Shown here: in pieces, positions 20,195 to 29,900 of the stretch
How positions within the stretch are numbered: the stretch's first letter is position 1
Layout of the letters: every line of letters begins with the position of its first letter
Assembly: GCA_022705325.1 (NCBI GenBank)
Contig: JAKJER010000002.1
Span: 62,891 to 126,890 of the forward strand
From: Planctomycetota bacterium
GTDB lineage: Bacteria; Planctomycetota; Phycisphaerae; SM23-33
Direction: 5' to 3'
DNA length: 64,000 bases
Notes under the pieces: generated by a model
Told to the model about the DNA's origin: nothing
Database searches by the model: none
What the model saw: only the letters and a program-made list of their open reading frames with translations
Translations under genes and position numbers: made by a program

Positions 20195-21229
20195 ATGAAG
20201 ACTGTCGCCGTTGCCGCACCCGGGAAGGTCGAGATCGTCCAACTGGACAAGCCCAAGGTCGGCCCGTACCAGGCCCTGGTCCACACCGAAATCGCCGCCC
20301 TGTGCAACGCCACCGACGGGAAGCTGGTGGCCGGGCACTTCCCCGGGGTGGACAAGTACCCGCTGATCCTCGGCCACGAGGGCGCGGGCATCGTCGAGGC
20401 CGTCGGCGAGAAGGTCCGCAACTTCAAGGTCGGCGACCGTGTCATCGGCGGGCTGCTCTTCGAGTTCAGCGACCCCAAGTACGCCACCGGCTGGGGCGGG
20501 TTCTGCGAGTACACCCTGGCCAACGACCATGACGCCATGGTCGCCGACGGCGTGGCCGACGCCGAGCACGGCTGGTTCGAGTGCTACGAGATCCAGCGCA
20601 AGGTCGACGCCGACATCCCGCCCGAGGAGGCCGCCCTGCTGTGTACCTGGCGCGAAGTCTACGGCGGATTCGGCGACTTCAACCTCCAGAAGGGCGACCA
20701 GATCCTGGTCTTCGGGGCCGGGCCGGTCGGCCTGAGCTTCGTCAAGTTCGGCAAGCTGCTGGGGCTGGAGTGGATCGGCGTGGTGGATCCGATCGCCCAC
20801 AAGCGCGAACTGGCCATGAAGCTCGGCGCCGACGCCGCCTTCGACGCCGGCACCGACTTGAGCGACCTGATCAAGGCCCGCGGCCGTAAGTTCGACGCCG
20901 TTATCGACGCCGTCGGCAGCCCCAAGATCGTCAACGCCGCCCTGCCCCTGGTCAAGATGGGCGGATCGGTCTGCGTCTACGGCGTGATCGCGGATGAGTC
21001 CATCCCACTGAACAAGGCGGCCGGACCGTACAACTTCAACCTCTACGTCCACCAGTGGCCTACCCGCTGGCGCGAGCGCGAAGCCCAGAAGCCCCTGTGC
21101 GACTGGATCCGTGAGGGCAAGCTCAAGGCCAGCGAGTTCGTTACGCACACCTTCCCGCTTGAGAAGATCAACGACGCCCTGGCGGCGGTCAAGGCGGGCG
21201 AGGTGGTCAAGTGCTTACTGAAGTACTGA
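20195..21229 (+). CDS. Zinc-dependent alcohol/polyol dehydrogenase (MDR family), 344 aa
   Basis: GHEGAGIVEAVG zinc-ligand motif and VFGAGPVGL NAD(P) motif. The table ORF starts at TTG. A perfect AAGGAG Shine-Dalgarno motif sits 8 nt before the ATG at 20195. Confidence 0.8.
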   Translation: MKTVAVAAPGKVEIVQLDKPKVGPYQALVHTEIAALCNATDGKLVAGHFPGVDKYPLILGHEGAGIVEAVGEKVRNFKVGDRVIGGLLFEFSDPKYATGWGGFCEYTLANDHDAMVADGVADAEHGWFECYEIQRKVDADIPPEEAALLCTWREVYGGFGDFNLQKGDQILVFGAGPVGLSFVKFGKLLGLEWIGVVDPIAHKRELAMKLGADAAFDAGTDLSDLIKARGRKFDAVIDAVGSPKIVNAALPLVKMGGSVCVYGVIADESIPLNKAAGPYNFNLYVHQWPTRWREREAQKPLCDWIREGKLKASEFVTHTFPLEKINDALAAVKAGEVVKCLLKY

Positions 21230-21240
21230 TGCGTTTGGCG

Positions 21241-21256
21241 GTCGAGCTTGCTCGAC
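21241..21256 (+). terminator. Perfect 7-bp-stem hairpin GTCGAGC-TT-GCTCGAC 12 nt after the ADH stop (terminator-like, no U tract)
   Basis: Palindrome seen directly in the sequence. A reverse-complementary copy of its 3' arm (GAGCAAGCTC) occurs at 21317-21326. Confidence 0.3.
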
Positions 21257-21356
21257 GCTCGTCGCCGGTCGATGTCCCTGAACGACAACCTGAGACCTTG
21301 CCGCGCGAAACGTGGAGCAAGCTCCGCCGCTAATCAGTGGAATCGTCTCGCGAGCA

Positions 21357-22349
21357 ATGAAACCCATAGTCTACATCACCGACTTCATCAACGACGACCT
21401 TGCCATCGAGACATCCATTCTCGGTGACTTGGCGGACGTGGTCGCCCTGGACGTAGAGGGGGAGCAAAATCTCCTGGGCCGGATCGAAGACGCCGATTGT
21501 GTGATGATGTATCACTTCGTTACGCTTCGCCAGGCGACCATCGAGCGGCTGCATCACTGCAAACTGATCGTCCGTTGCGGCGTGGGGATCGATAACGTCG
21601 ACTGGGCCTTCGCCCGTGCCCGCGGCATTCCCGTGTGCAACGTGCCCGACTACGGCACGGAAGACGTAGCCGATTCCGCCATGGCCATGCTGCTGTCGTT
21701 GTCGCGTGGGGTGAACCTGCTGAACTCGCGGCTGCGGCGCGGGCAGGGGGGGTGGAGCTACACTCAGGCCGTGCCGTGCCATCGTGTTCGCGGGCGCACG
21801 CTGGGGATCGTCGGCCTGGGGCGGATCGGGACGGCCATGTGCAGGCGGGCCCAGGCAATGGGGATGGACGTGGTCTTCCACGACCCGTATCTGCCGGACG
21901 GCTGGGAGCGGGCCCACGGCATCCGCCGGGCCGAGACGCTGGACGAACTGCTGCCGCAGGCGCAAGCGCTGAGCCTGCACTGTCCGCTCACGCCGGAGAC
22001 GACGCGGCTGATCGGGGCCGGCCAGATCGCCCGCATGCCGAAGGGCTCTCTGCTGATCAACACCTCCCGCGGGGCGGTGCTGGATACGACCGTCGTGCCG
22101 CCGGCCATCCGCTCGGGTCACCTTGGCGGGGCCGGCATCGACGTGCTGCCGCTGGAGCCCCCGCCGGCTGATGACACGCTGGTGACTGCCTGGCGCGACG
22201 TGAACGACCCATGCCACGACCGCGTGATCCTCAACCCCCACGCCGCCTTCTACAGCGAGGAAGGCCTGGTCGACATCCGCCACAAGGCCTCTCACGCCTG
22301 CCGCCGGGCCCTGCTGGGCCAGGAACTCCGCAACGTCGTCAACGCGTAG
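21357..22349 (+). CDS. D-isomer-specific 2-hydroxyacid dehydrogenase family protein, 330 aa
   Basis: GIVGLGRIGTAM NAD motif and the catalytic-region pattern LINTSRG...D...HxG...PHAAF. The table ORF starts at GTG 21312; the first ATG is at 21357. Confidence 0.8.
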   Translation: MKPIVYITDFINDDLAIETSILGDLADVVALDVEGEQNLLGRIEDADCVMMYHFVTLRQATIERLHHCKLIVRCGVGIDNVDWAFARARGIPVCNVPDYGTEDVADSAMAMLLSLSRGVNLLNSRLRRGQGGWSYTQAVPCHRVRGRTLGIVGLGRIGTAMCRRAQAMGMDVVFHDPYLPDGWERAHGIRRAETLDELLPQAQALSLHCPLTPETTRLIGAGQIARMPKGSLLINTSRGAVLDTTVVPPAIRSGHLGGAGIDVLPLEPPPADDTLVTAWRDVNDPCHDRVILNPHAAFYSEEGLVDIRHKASHACRRALLGQELRNVVNA

Positions 22350-22478
22350 ACGCGGCCTCATGCCCGACTGGCAGAGCCCTCCCGGCAAGAGCCGACGGAC
22401 CTGCCTGCCGGAGACAGGAGGCTTCCCGTGCGCTCCAGGGGCAGGATGATCATATTCGGAGAAACGCCGTGTCTGCGA

Positions 22479-24173
22479 TCAACCGCTGAAGTATACGTAC
22501 ACGGCCGTGATGGTGGCCAGGATGATCAGCGTGTTGATCACGTCCCACTTGTTCCAGCTCGCGCGGGTCTCGGCCTTGTGTTCGCCAGCGGTGGTGGCGT
22601 AGGTCAGGCCCCGGATCTGTTCGTCCTGTGGGGGCGGGCTGAACAGGCTGGCCACGACGACAATCACCACGCTCACGCCGAAGAGGACCAGCGCGAAATA
22701 CAGGAAGTTGAAGTTGTGGAAAGTCCACACCAAGGAAGGCGCCGTATCGGGCGAGGATGCCGTCCACACCCAGGCGCCCAGCTTGAGCATACCCAGGATG
22801 AACCCGCAGACGAGCCCCGCGATAGCGCCCTGCGAGTTGATGCGCTTGTAGAAGACGCCCAGAAAGAAGACGGCCGTGATCGGCGGGGCCAGGTAGGCCT
22901 GCACGGCCTGGAGATACAGGTACAAGCCCCCGCCGACCCTCTGCATGACGGGGATCCAGGCGATGCCCAGGGCGACCACGCAGGCGGTGGCGATCCGGCC
23001 CACGCGGACGAGCGTCTTTTCCGATGCCTGGGGATGAAGCTTCTTGTATACGTCGATCGTGAACAGTGTCGAAGTGGAATTGAAGAGGCTGGACAGCGAA
23101 CTCATCAGGGCAGCCAGCAACCCCGCCACCACCAGGCCGCGGATGCCGATCGGCAGCAGCGCCTGGACCATGGCGGCAAACGTCGCGTCGCGATCGGGAA
23201 CGATCTTGCCGGCGGCGTCCAGGACGATCTGCCCGCCGATCTTCAGAGGCGGCATCTCGAGCTGACCGTTGAGATAAAGTGCGTAAGCGATGAGACCGGG
23301 CACGATGAACAACCAGACCGGAAGTAGCTTGAGGTACGCCCCCCAGATGGTCCCGCGCCGCGCCTGGGTCATGTTGCGGGCGGCCAGGGTGCGCTGCACG
23401 ATGTACTGGTCGGTGCACCAGTACCACAGGCCGACGATCGGGGCGCAGAACAGCATGCCGACCCATGGAAAGTCCGGGTGATTTGCGGGCTTCCACAGGT
23501 TCAGGTGCTCGCTCCCGACAGCCGCCCGCACGTTGCTCCATCCGCCGATCTTGATCAGGCCGAACGTGGTCACGGCCAGGGAGCCGATGACCAGCACGAC
23601 CGTCTGCATCGTGTCGGTAAAGACCACCGCCCGCAGGCCGCCGGTCACGGTATACAGGCCGGTCAGGATGACCGTGCTGAACGCCCCGACCCAGAACGCG
23701 TCCATTCCGAGCATGGAGGCCTCAGGGAACAGGGTCTGGAAGACCTTGCCCCCTGCGTAGACCGTCACGCTGACCTTGGTGAAGACGTAGGCCACCAGGC
23801 TGATGACCGACAGGATCCAGCGGGCGGCCGGGCTGTAGCGCCGCTCCAGGAACTCGGGCATCGTGTAGACGCCGGAGCGCATGTAGAACGGCACGAACAG
23901 CCAGCCCAGCACCAGCAGGCACCAGGCGTGCAACTCGTAGTGGGCCATCGCCACGCCGTCCTGGAAGCCCGATCCGGCCAGGCCCACGATGTGCTCCGAG
24001 CCGATGTTCGTGGCGAACAGCGAGGCGCCGATCACGAACCAGCCGATGTTTCGCCCGGCCAGGAAGTAGTCCTTTGAGGTGTCCTGGTTCCGCGAGGCCC
24101 AGACGGCCACGCCTGCCAGGATGGCAAAGTATGCGCCGATGACGACCCAATCCAACGTTTCCAGACCGGTCAT
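22479..24173 (-). CDS. Sodium:solute symporter family (SSF/SGLT-like) transporter, 564 aa
   Basis: 13-14 TM helices with SSF signature-like regions (GRNIGWFVIGASLFATNIGSEHIVGLAG). Start moved to the ATG at 24173 (MTGLETLDWVVIG). Confidence 0.8.
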   Translation of the reverse strand: MTGLETLDWVVIGAYFAILAGVAVWASRNQDTSKDYFLAGRNIGWFVIGASLFATNIGSEHIVGLAGSGFQDGVAMAHYELHAWCLLVLGWLFVPFYMRSGVYTMPEFLERRYSPAARWILSVISLVAYVFTKVSVTVYAGGKVFQTLFPEASMLGMDAFWVGAFSTVILTGLYTVTGGLRAVVFTDTMQTVVLVIGSLAVTTFGLIKIGGWSNVRAAVGSEHLNLWKPANHPDFPWVGMLFCAPIVGLWYWCTDQYIVQRTLAARNMTQARRGTIWGAYLKLLPVWLFIVPGLIAYALYLNGQLEMPPLKIGGQIVLDAAGKIVPDRDATFAAMVQALLPIGIRGLVVAGLLAALMSSLSSLFNSTSTLFTIDVYKKLHPQASEKTLVRVGRIATACVVALGIAWIPVMQRVGGGLYLYLQAVQAYLAPPITAVFFLGVFYKRINSQGAIAGLVCGFILGMLKLGAWVWTASSPDTAPSLVWTFHNFNFLYFALVLFGVSVVIVVVASLFSPPPQDEQIRGLTYATTAGEHKAETRASWNKWDVINTLIILATITAVYVYFSG

Positions 24174-24345
24174 GTGAGTCTCCCGATGGGGCCAGGCAAT
24201 TGTCGAGCGACGATTCACGCCGTACAGCGACGGGATTTTCAACGCTCACCGACCGATTGTCAATCGTCAAATGCCAATACGGACGCGCCGTCGGCAGTTA
24301 AGCCATCAGCGGCCTGTCCGGCCGTGTCCTGTAAGGAAACCGATC

Positions 24346-25857
24346 ATGCGAGAACAACTCATCTGGATCGTGCCCGCCGTCGTGTTCCTGCTGGTGGCGC
24401 AGTTCGCCCGGGGCCAGGGCGCCGGGGCGGCGGCCTTCAAAGCCGGTTTCGCCGAGCGCGACATCACCCCCGAGTTGGGGATGGAGTGCCCGGGCGGGTA
24501 CGGCAAGAGCTACCATCGTCGGCTGCACGACCCCTGCAAGGTGCGGGCGGCCGTCTTTGACGACGGTCAAACCCGCGTGGCGTTGGTGGGCGTTGACGCC
24601 CTGATCGTCCGCGAGGACCTGGTCGTAGCGGCCCGCAAGGACATCCAGGCCGGTTGCGGCATCGCACCCCAGGCCGTGCTGATCGGAGCGTCGCACTCGC
24701 ACAGCTCGGGGCCGACGGGGATGATCCTGCCCGGCGAGTTCGACCACGGCGACGACCTGGTCCGCGAACTGGCCTACAAGAAGTCGTCGTGTGCCGATGC
24801 GAAGTACCTGGCGACCGTCCGCAAGGCCATCACCGACGCCGTCGTCGAGGCCGACAAGAAGCGGGCCGACGCCAAGTGCGGCGTTGGTGCCGGCAGCGAG
24901 GGGCGCGTCTGCTTCAACCGCCGCTTCCGTATGAAAAACGGTCAGACGTGGACGCACCCGGGCAAGGGCAACCCGGACATCGTCGGCCCGGCTGGGCCCA
25001 TCGACCCACAGGTAGGCGTGATCGGGGCGTGGGACGCCGAGGGCAAGCTGACGGGCTGCGTGGTGAACTTCGCCTGCCACGCGACGACCTCGCCGGGCGG
25101 AATCTCGGCCAACTGGATCTGCTGGATGGAGAAGGCCATCCGCGGCAGCTTCGGCGACGAGGTAATCGTCGTCTTTCTCCAGGGGGCGTGCGGGGACGTG
25201 ACGCAGGTCAACAACCTCAGCCCGACGCCAGATCCGGACGGGCCGGTGCTCGGCGGGCACATCGGGGCCGAGGCGGTCAAGGTGCTGTTGTCGATTCCGC
25301 GAGGCCCATTGGGGCCCGTTGCGGCGGTGTCGAAGACGCTCGATATCAAGCGCCGCCTGCCGGCCGGCTCTCGCGTCCAAGCCTGCCGCACGCTTGTCAC
25401 CGAGCCTCCCGCCAAGGTCGGGCACACGAATTGGACCTTCGCCAAGGAGATCGTCCTGCTGGACGCCCTGGCCGCCCGCAAACCCACCGTTCAAGTCGAA
25501 GTGCAGGCTATCCAGGTCGGACCGGCCGTCTTCTTGTCCAACCCGGCCGAGTTCTTCTGCCAACTCGGGCTGGACATCAAGGCCGGCAGCGAGTTCCCCT
25601 TCACCTTCCCCGTCGAACTGGCCAACGGCTGCGTGGGGTACGTGCCCACGGAGGAAGCCCTCGGCCCCGGCGGCGGGGGCTACGAAACCCGCCTGACGTG
25701 CTACAGCAACCTGGAGAAGACCGCCGGCACGCAGATCGTCAAGGCCTGTATCGAACTGGCGCGGTCGCTCAAGCCGGGCAAGATCCCCGCGTCCCGCAAG
25801 ACCGCGGCCTGGACCAAGGCGTGGGAATACGGCAGCGTCAGACCGGAACTGGAGTAG
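24346..25857 (+). CDS. Neutral/alkaline ceramidase-like family protein, secreted, 503 aa
   Basis: Signal peptide. The GASHSHSSGP motif matches the neutral ceramidase N-terminal domain signature (GxSHxHxGP). AAGGAA Shine-Dalgarno-like motif 7 nt upstream of ATG 24346. Paralog at 35032-36471. Confidence 0.6.
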   Translation: MREQLIWIVPAVVFLLVAQFARGQGAGAAAFKAGFAERDITPELGMECPGGYGKSYHRRLHDPCKVRAAVFDDGQTRVALVGVDALIVREDLVVAARKDIQAGCGIAPQAVLIGASHSHSSGPTGMILPGEFDHGDDLVRELAYKKSSCADAKYLATVRKAITDAVVEADKKRADAKCGVGAGSEGRVCFNRRFRMKNGQTWTHPGKGNPDIVGPAGPIDPQVGVIGAWDAEGKLTGCVVNFACHATTSPGGISANWICWMEKAIRGSFGDEVIVVFLQGACGDVTQVNNLSPTPDPDGPVLGGHIGAEAVKVLLSIPRGPLGPVAAVSKTLDIKRRLPAGSRVQACRTLVTEPPAKVGHTNWTFAKEIVLLDALAARKPTVQVEVQAIQVGPAVFLSNPAEFFCQLGLDIKAGSEFPFTFPVELANGCVGYVPTEEALGPGGGGYETRLTCYSNLEKTAGTQIVKACIELARSLKPGKIPASRKTAAWTKAWEYGSVRPELE

Positions 25858-25871
25858 CTGCGAGAGGCGTC

Positions 25872-26954
25872 ATGCGAAGAAGACAAACGATGAAGAGATT
25901 GTTGTTCTCTGTTGGGGTGGCCATGGCGTGCGTGTCTGTCTGTAGTGCGCCCGCCAAGGCGTCGGGCGAAAGCGCCAAGGCGCCGCCTGACGGCGGCACG
26001 ACGAGCGCGCTTCCTCGTTGCGAGGTCATTCCGCAAGCGGACCACCAGGTCGCCTTCCAGGTCGAGGGCATTGAGCGGACGCGGTGGCATTTCGGCCCCA
26101 GCTACCCCCGCCCGTTCTTCTATCCGTTTGTGGGACCGTCAGGTGCGACACTGACCCGGATGGGCCACCCGGGCGCTCCCAATCACGACCACCACCGCTC
26201 GATCTGGTTCGCCCACAACAGCGTACAGGGAGTGGATTTCTGGTCCGACAACACCGCCGCCCGCATTCGCCAGAAGCACTGGTACGATTACCGCGACGGC
26301 GACGACGAGACCATGATGGCCGTCTGCCTCGGCTGGTACGACGACAAGGGCAAAGAGCTGATGGAACAGGACGTGGTGGCCGCCCTGATCCCGCTGGCGG
26401 GCGGCGAGCAGATGCTGGAACTCCAATTGACCTTCCGCCCGCCTGGGGGTAGTGCGAAGGTGCCGGCCAAGCCTGTCGAACTGGGCAAGACGAACTTCGG
26501 GCTGCTGGCTGTCCGTGTGGCCAAGGGGCTGTCCACGCACTTCGGTGGGGGCAGGATCACCAACAGCGAGGGCCAGGAGGGCGAGAAGGCGATCTTCGGC
26601 AAGCCGGCGAAGTGGATGGATTACAGCGGACAGGTGGCGGTGGGACAGGGCAAGGACCGCCGCAGCGTCGTCGAGGGCATCACGTATTTCGACCATCCGT
26701 CCAATCCGAGGTATCCGACACTGTGGCATGTCCGCGAGGATGGCTGGATGGGCGCGTCGTTCTGCATGAAGGAGGGATACGCGATCGAGCCCGACAAGCC
26801 GCTGGTGCTTCGATATCTGCTGCACGCGCACGGCGGGCGGTACGACCACGCGCGGGCCCAGCGCGTTCAGAAAGCCTTTGCGGATCGGCCGGGCTTCGAG
26901 TTGCTCAAGGCGCCGCGCCAACACCGCCAGTATGAAGTGAGGCGGAAACAGTAA
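25872..26954 (+). CDS. PmoA-family (DUF6807-like) secreted protein, 360 aa
   Basis: Signal peptide MKRLLFSVGVAMACVSVCSA. FYPFVGPSG...HPGAPNHDHHRSIWFAHN pattern typical of PmoA-family proteins, which often neighbour Gfo/Idh/MocA genes. It lies inside a 766-aa table ORF whose upstream part is judged an artifact. Confidence 0.5.
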   Translation: MRRRQTMKRLLFSVGVAMACVSVCSAPAKASGESAKAPPDGGTTSALPRCEVIPQADHQVAFQVEGIERTRWHFGPSYPRPFFYPFVGPSGATLTRMGHPGAPNHDHHRSIWFAHNSVQGVDFWSDNTAARIRQKHWYDYRDGDDETMMAVCLGWYDDKGKELMEQDVVAALIPLAGGEQMLELQLTFRPPGGSAKVPAKPVELGKTNFGLLAVRVAKGLSTHFGGGRITNSEGQEGEKAIFGKPAKWMDYSGQVAVGQGKDRRSVVEGITYFDHPSNPRYPTLWHVREDGWMGASFCMKEGYAIEPDKPLVLRYLLHAHGGRYDHARAQRVQKAFADRPGFELLKAPRQHRQYEVRRKQ

Positions 26955-26973
26955 GTATTGAAAGGAATCTCGA

Positions 26974-29900
26974 ATGGGTATGCCTGGATTGGCGGACCGC
27001 CGTCCTGTTGCTGTCTCCTTTGCCGCATTTATTCTGATCGGCGTGCTCGGCAGTTCACCCGCCTGGGCGGCTGAATCGGGCAGCGCGGCGGACATTCCCT
27101 ACGGGGTGGGCAAGTGGGACGAGCCGCTGGGCAATCACCGCGCCCGCCTGGTCGTGGACGCTGCGGCTCCGGCCTTGCGGGCGAGCATCGAATGGAGGCG
27201 GTGCGATCCCGACGTCGAGAAGAAGGACGTGCTCGTCGTCGACGCTCGGAACGGCAAGCCGGTCGCCAACCGTGTCGTGGCGGCCATCAACCGTGAGCGG
27301 GGGGAGGTCGTCTTTCAGGCGTCGACCGCGGGCGAGTACTACGTCTACTACATGCCCTGCAATCCGGGGCGAAGCGCGTTCCCCACAGCCCGCTACAACC
27401 CGCCCAAGGAAACGGCGGCGGCCGACTGGCTAGCCGCCAACCGGCTGCGACAGGGGGACCTCCCGGCTGGGGAGTGGAAGAAGCTTCCGCAGGCGAAAGT
27501 GCTGGCGTTCCAGGCCCGCACCGACTTCGACAGCGTCTACCCGATGGAGGTGATCGCCACCGCCCAGGAGATCCGCGACTTGCTGGCACGGCATGGCGGC
27601 AAGGCGTTCCTGCTCTTTCCCGAGGACCGGCGATTCCCCATTCGCATGACCGACGATCTGCCGCTTCGCTGGATGCGCACCGGACCGGCCGGCAGATTCG
27701 CAGGAAAGGCCCAGCCGGGCGAGTACTATGTGTTCCAGGTCGGGCTGTACGCGGTCAAGGGCCCGGCTAAACGGGTCGCTATTCGTCCCGGCGACGTGGT
27801 CGACGCCGGGGGGAAGGTCGTCGTGCCGGCGGGGGGCATTACGTGTTTCAACCTTGCAGGCCGCGACTGGCTGGGCCGACCCATGCAGATGGACCTGACG
27901 GTGCCCGAGGGCAAGGTGCAGGCGATGTGGCTGGGCATGCAGATTCCACCCGATGCCTCGGCGGGGCTGCACCGCGGCGAGGTGACGGTGTCTGCGGAAG
28001 GGGCGCCGCCGGCGAAAGTCTCGCTGGAGATCGAGGTTGCGGGCGAGCAACTCCCCGACTGTGGCGACGGCGAGTTGTGGCGGCTCAGTCGGCTGCGCTG
28101 GCTCAACAGCGATCTGGGCGTGGATGATGAACTCGTGCCCCCGTTCACCGCCGTCACCGTCAACGGCGACGAGGTGGGCGTGTTGGGTCGGCGGATTCGC
28201 TTTGGAGAAACGGGCCTCCCCGCGTCGATTGTGTCGACCTTTGCCGCCACGCCAGACCGGGCCGATGCGCCTTCGCGCGAAATCCTGAATGGGCCCGTGG
28301 CGTTTGTCGCGCAGACGCCGGCCGGGGCGGCGCAGTGGAAGTCGCAGCCGGCCAAGCTTCTCAGGCAGGCGCCTGGCGCCGTCTATCGCCAGAGCGATTC
28401 GCAGGCCGGGCCGCTGCGGCTCTCCTGCTGGTCCAAGACGGAGTGTGACGGGTATACCAACTTCCGCATCAAGCTTACGGCCGATACGGCCGTGACACTT
28501 ACGGACGCTCGCCTGGAGATCCCGTTCCACCGCGACGTGGCCCGTTACCTCATGGGAATGGGTCGAAAGGGAGGCCTGCGCCCGGAGAAGCTCAACTGGA
28601 AGTGGGACCGCAACAAGCACCAGGACGCAGTGTGGATCGGCGACGTCAACGCCGGACTGCAAGTCAAGCTCAAGGGCCCGGCCTACACGTGGCCCAATGT
28701 GAACATCCACTACCGGGCCCGTCCGCTGGACATGCCCGACGCGTGGGTGAACGGCGGCAAGGGCGGGTGCGACGTCATCGAAAACGGCGACAGCGTCCTG
28801 TTGCGGGTCTATGCCGGGCCGAGAGAGCTCCAAGCGGGTCAGACGCTGGAGTTCCACCTGGGCCTGCTGGTCACACCGGTCAAATCGATCCGTCCTGCCG
28901 AGCACTGGGCGGCCCGGTACTACCACACCGGGGGCGACAGCAGCGTGGACGCAGCCGCCGCGGCCGGGGCGACGGTAATCAACCTGCACCAGGGCGGACG
29001 GCTGAACCCGTACATCAACTATCCGTTCCTGACGCTGGATTCGCTGAAGAAGTGGATCGACGCCGCGCACGCCAAGGGCATGAGGGCGAAGATCTACTAC
29101 ACGCTGCGCGAGCTGAGCAACCACGTGGTGGAACTGCCCGCGTTGCGGAGCCTGGGCAACGAGATCTACTCCGACGGGCCCGGCGGGGGCTCGGCGTGGC
29201 TGATGGAGCACCTGCGGACTCACTACAAATCGGCCTGGCACGAGTGGTTGCCCAACGGGTACATCGACGCCTCGATCGCGACGGCCGGCCTGTCGCGGTG
29301 GCACAACTACTACGTCGAGAGCCTGGGCTGGCTGGCCCGCACGATCGGTCTGGACGGGCTCTATCTCGACGACATCGGTTACGACCGCGAGATCATGAAG
29401 CGGGTTCGCAAGGTCCTGCTGCGGGCCAATCCGCGGTCGATGATCGACGTGCACTCGTGGAATCACTACAACGGAAGGGCGTGCTTCGCCAACTCCGCCA
29501 ATCTCTTCATGGAACACATGCCCTACGTGGATCGGCTATGGCTGGGCGAGGGCTTCAACTACAACGGTGAGCCGAGCGACTACTGGCTGGTCGAGATCTC
29601 GGGCCTGCCGTTCGGGCTGATGGGCGAGATGCTGCAGGGCGGGGGCAACCCGTGGCGCGGGATGGTCTACGGCATGACCAACCGCCTGGGCTGGGGGGGC
29701 AACCCCAAGGCGCTGTGGAAACTGTGGGACGAGTTCGGCCTGGGCGAGTCGCGGATGATCGGCTACTGGGACCCCGCGTGCCCGGTCCGCACGGGTCGGC
29801 CTGACGTGCTGGCGACGGCGTATGTCCGCAAAGGGCGCACCCTGATATCGATCGCAAGTTGGGCCCCGCAACCGGTGCAGGTGAAACTCGACATCGACTT

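Noticed and set aside
24654-25871. The upstream 406 codons of the 766-aa table ORF that ends at 26954
   Set aside because: This part overlaps the ceramidase-like gene in another frame and is Arg-rich nonsense. The real PmoA-family gene starts at 25872 with a Shine-Dalgarno-like motif and a signal peptide.
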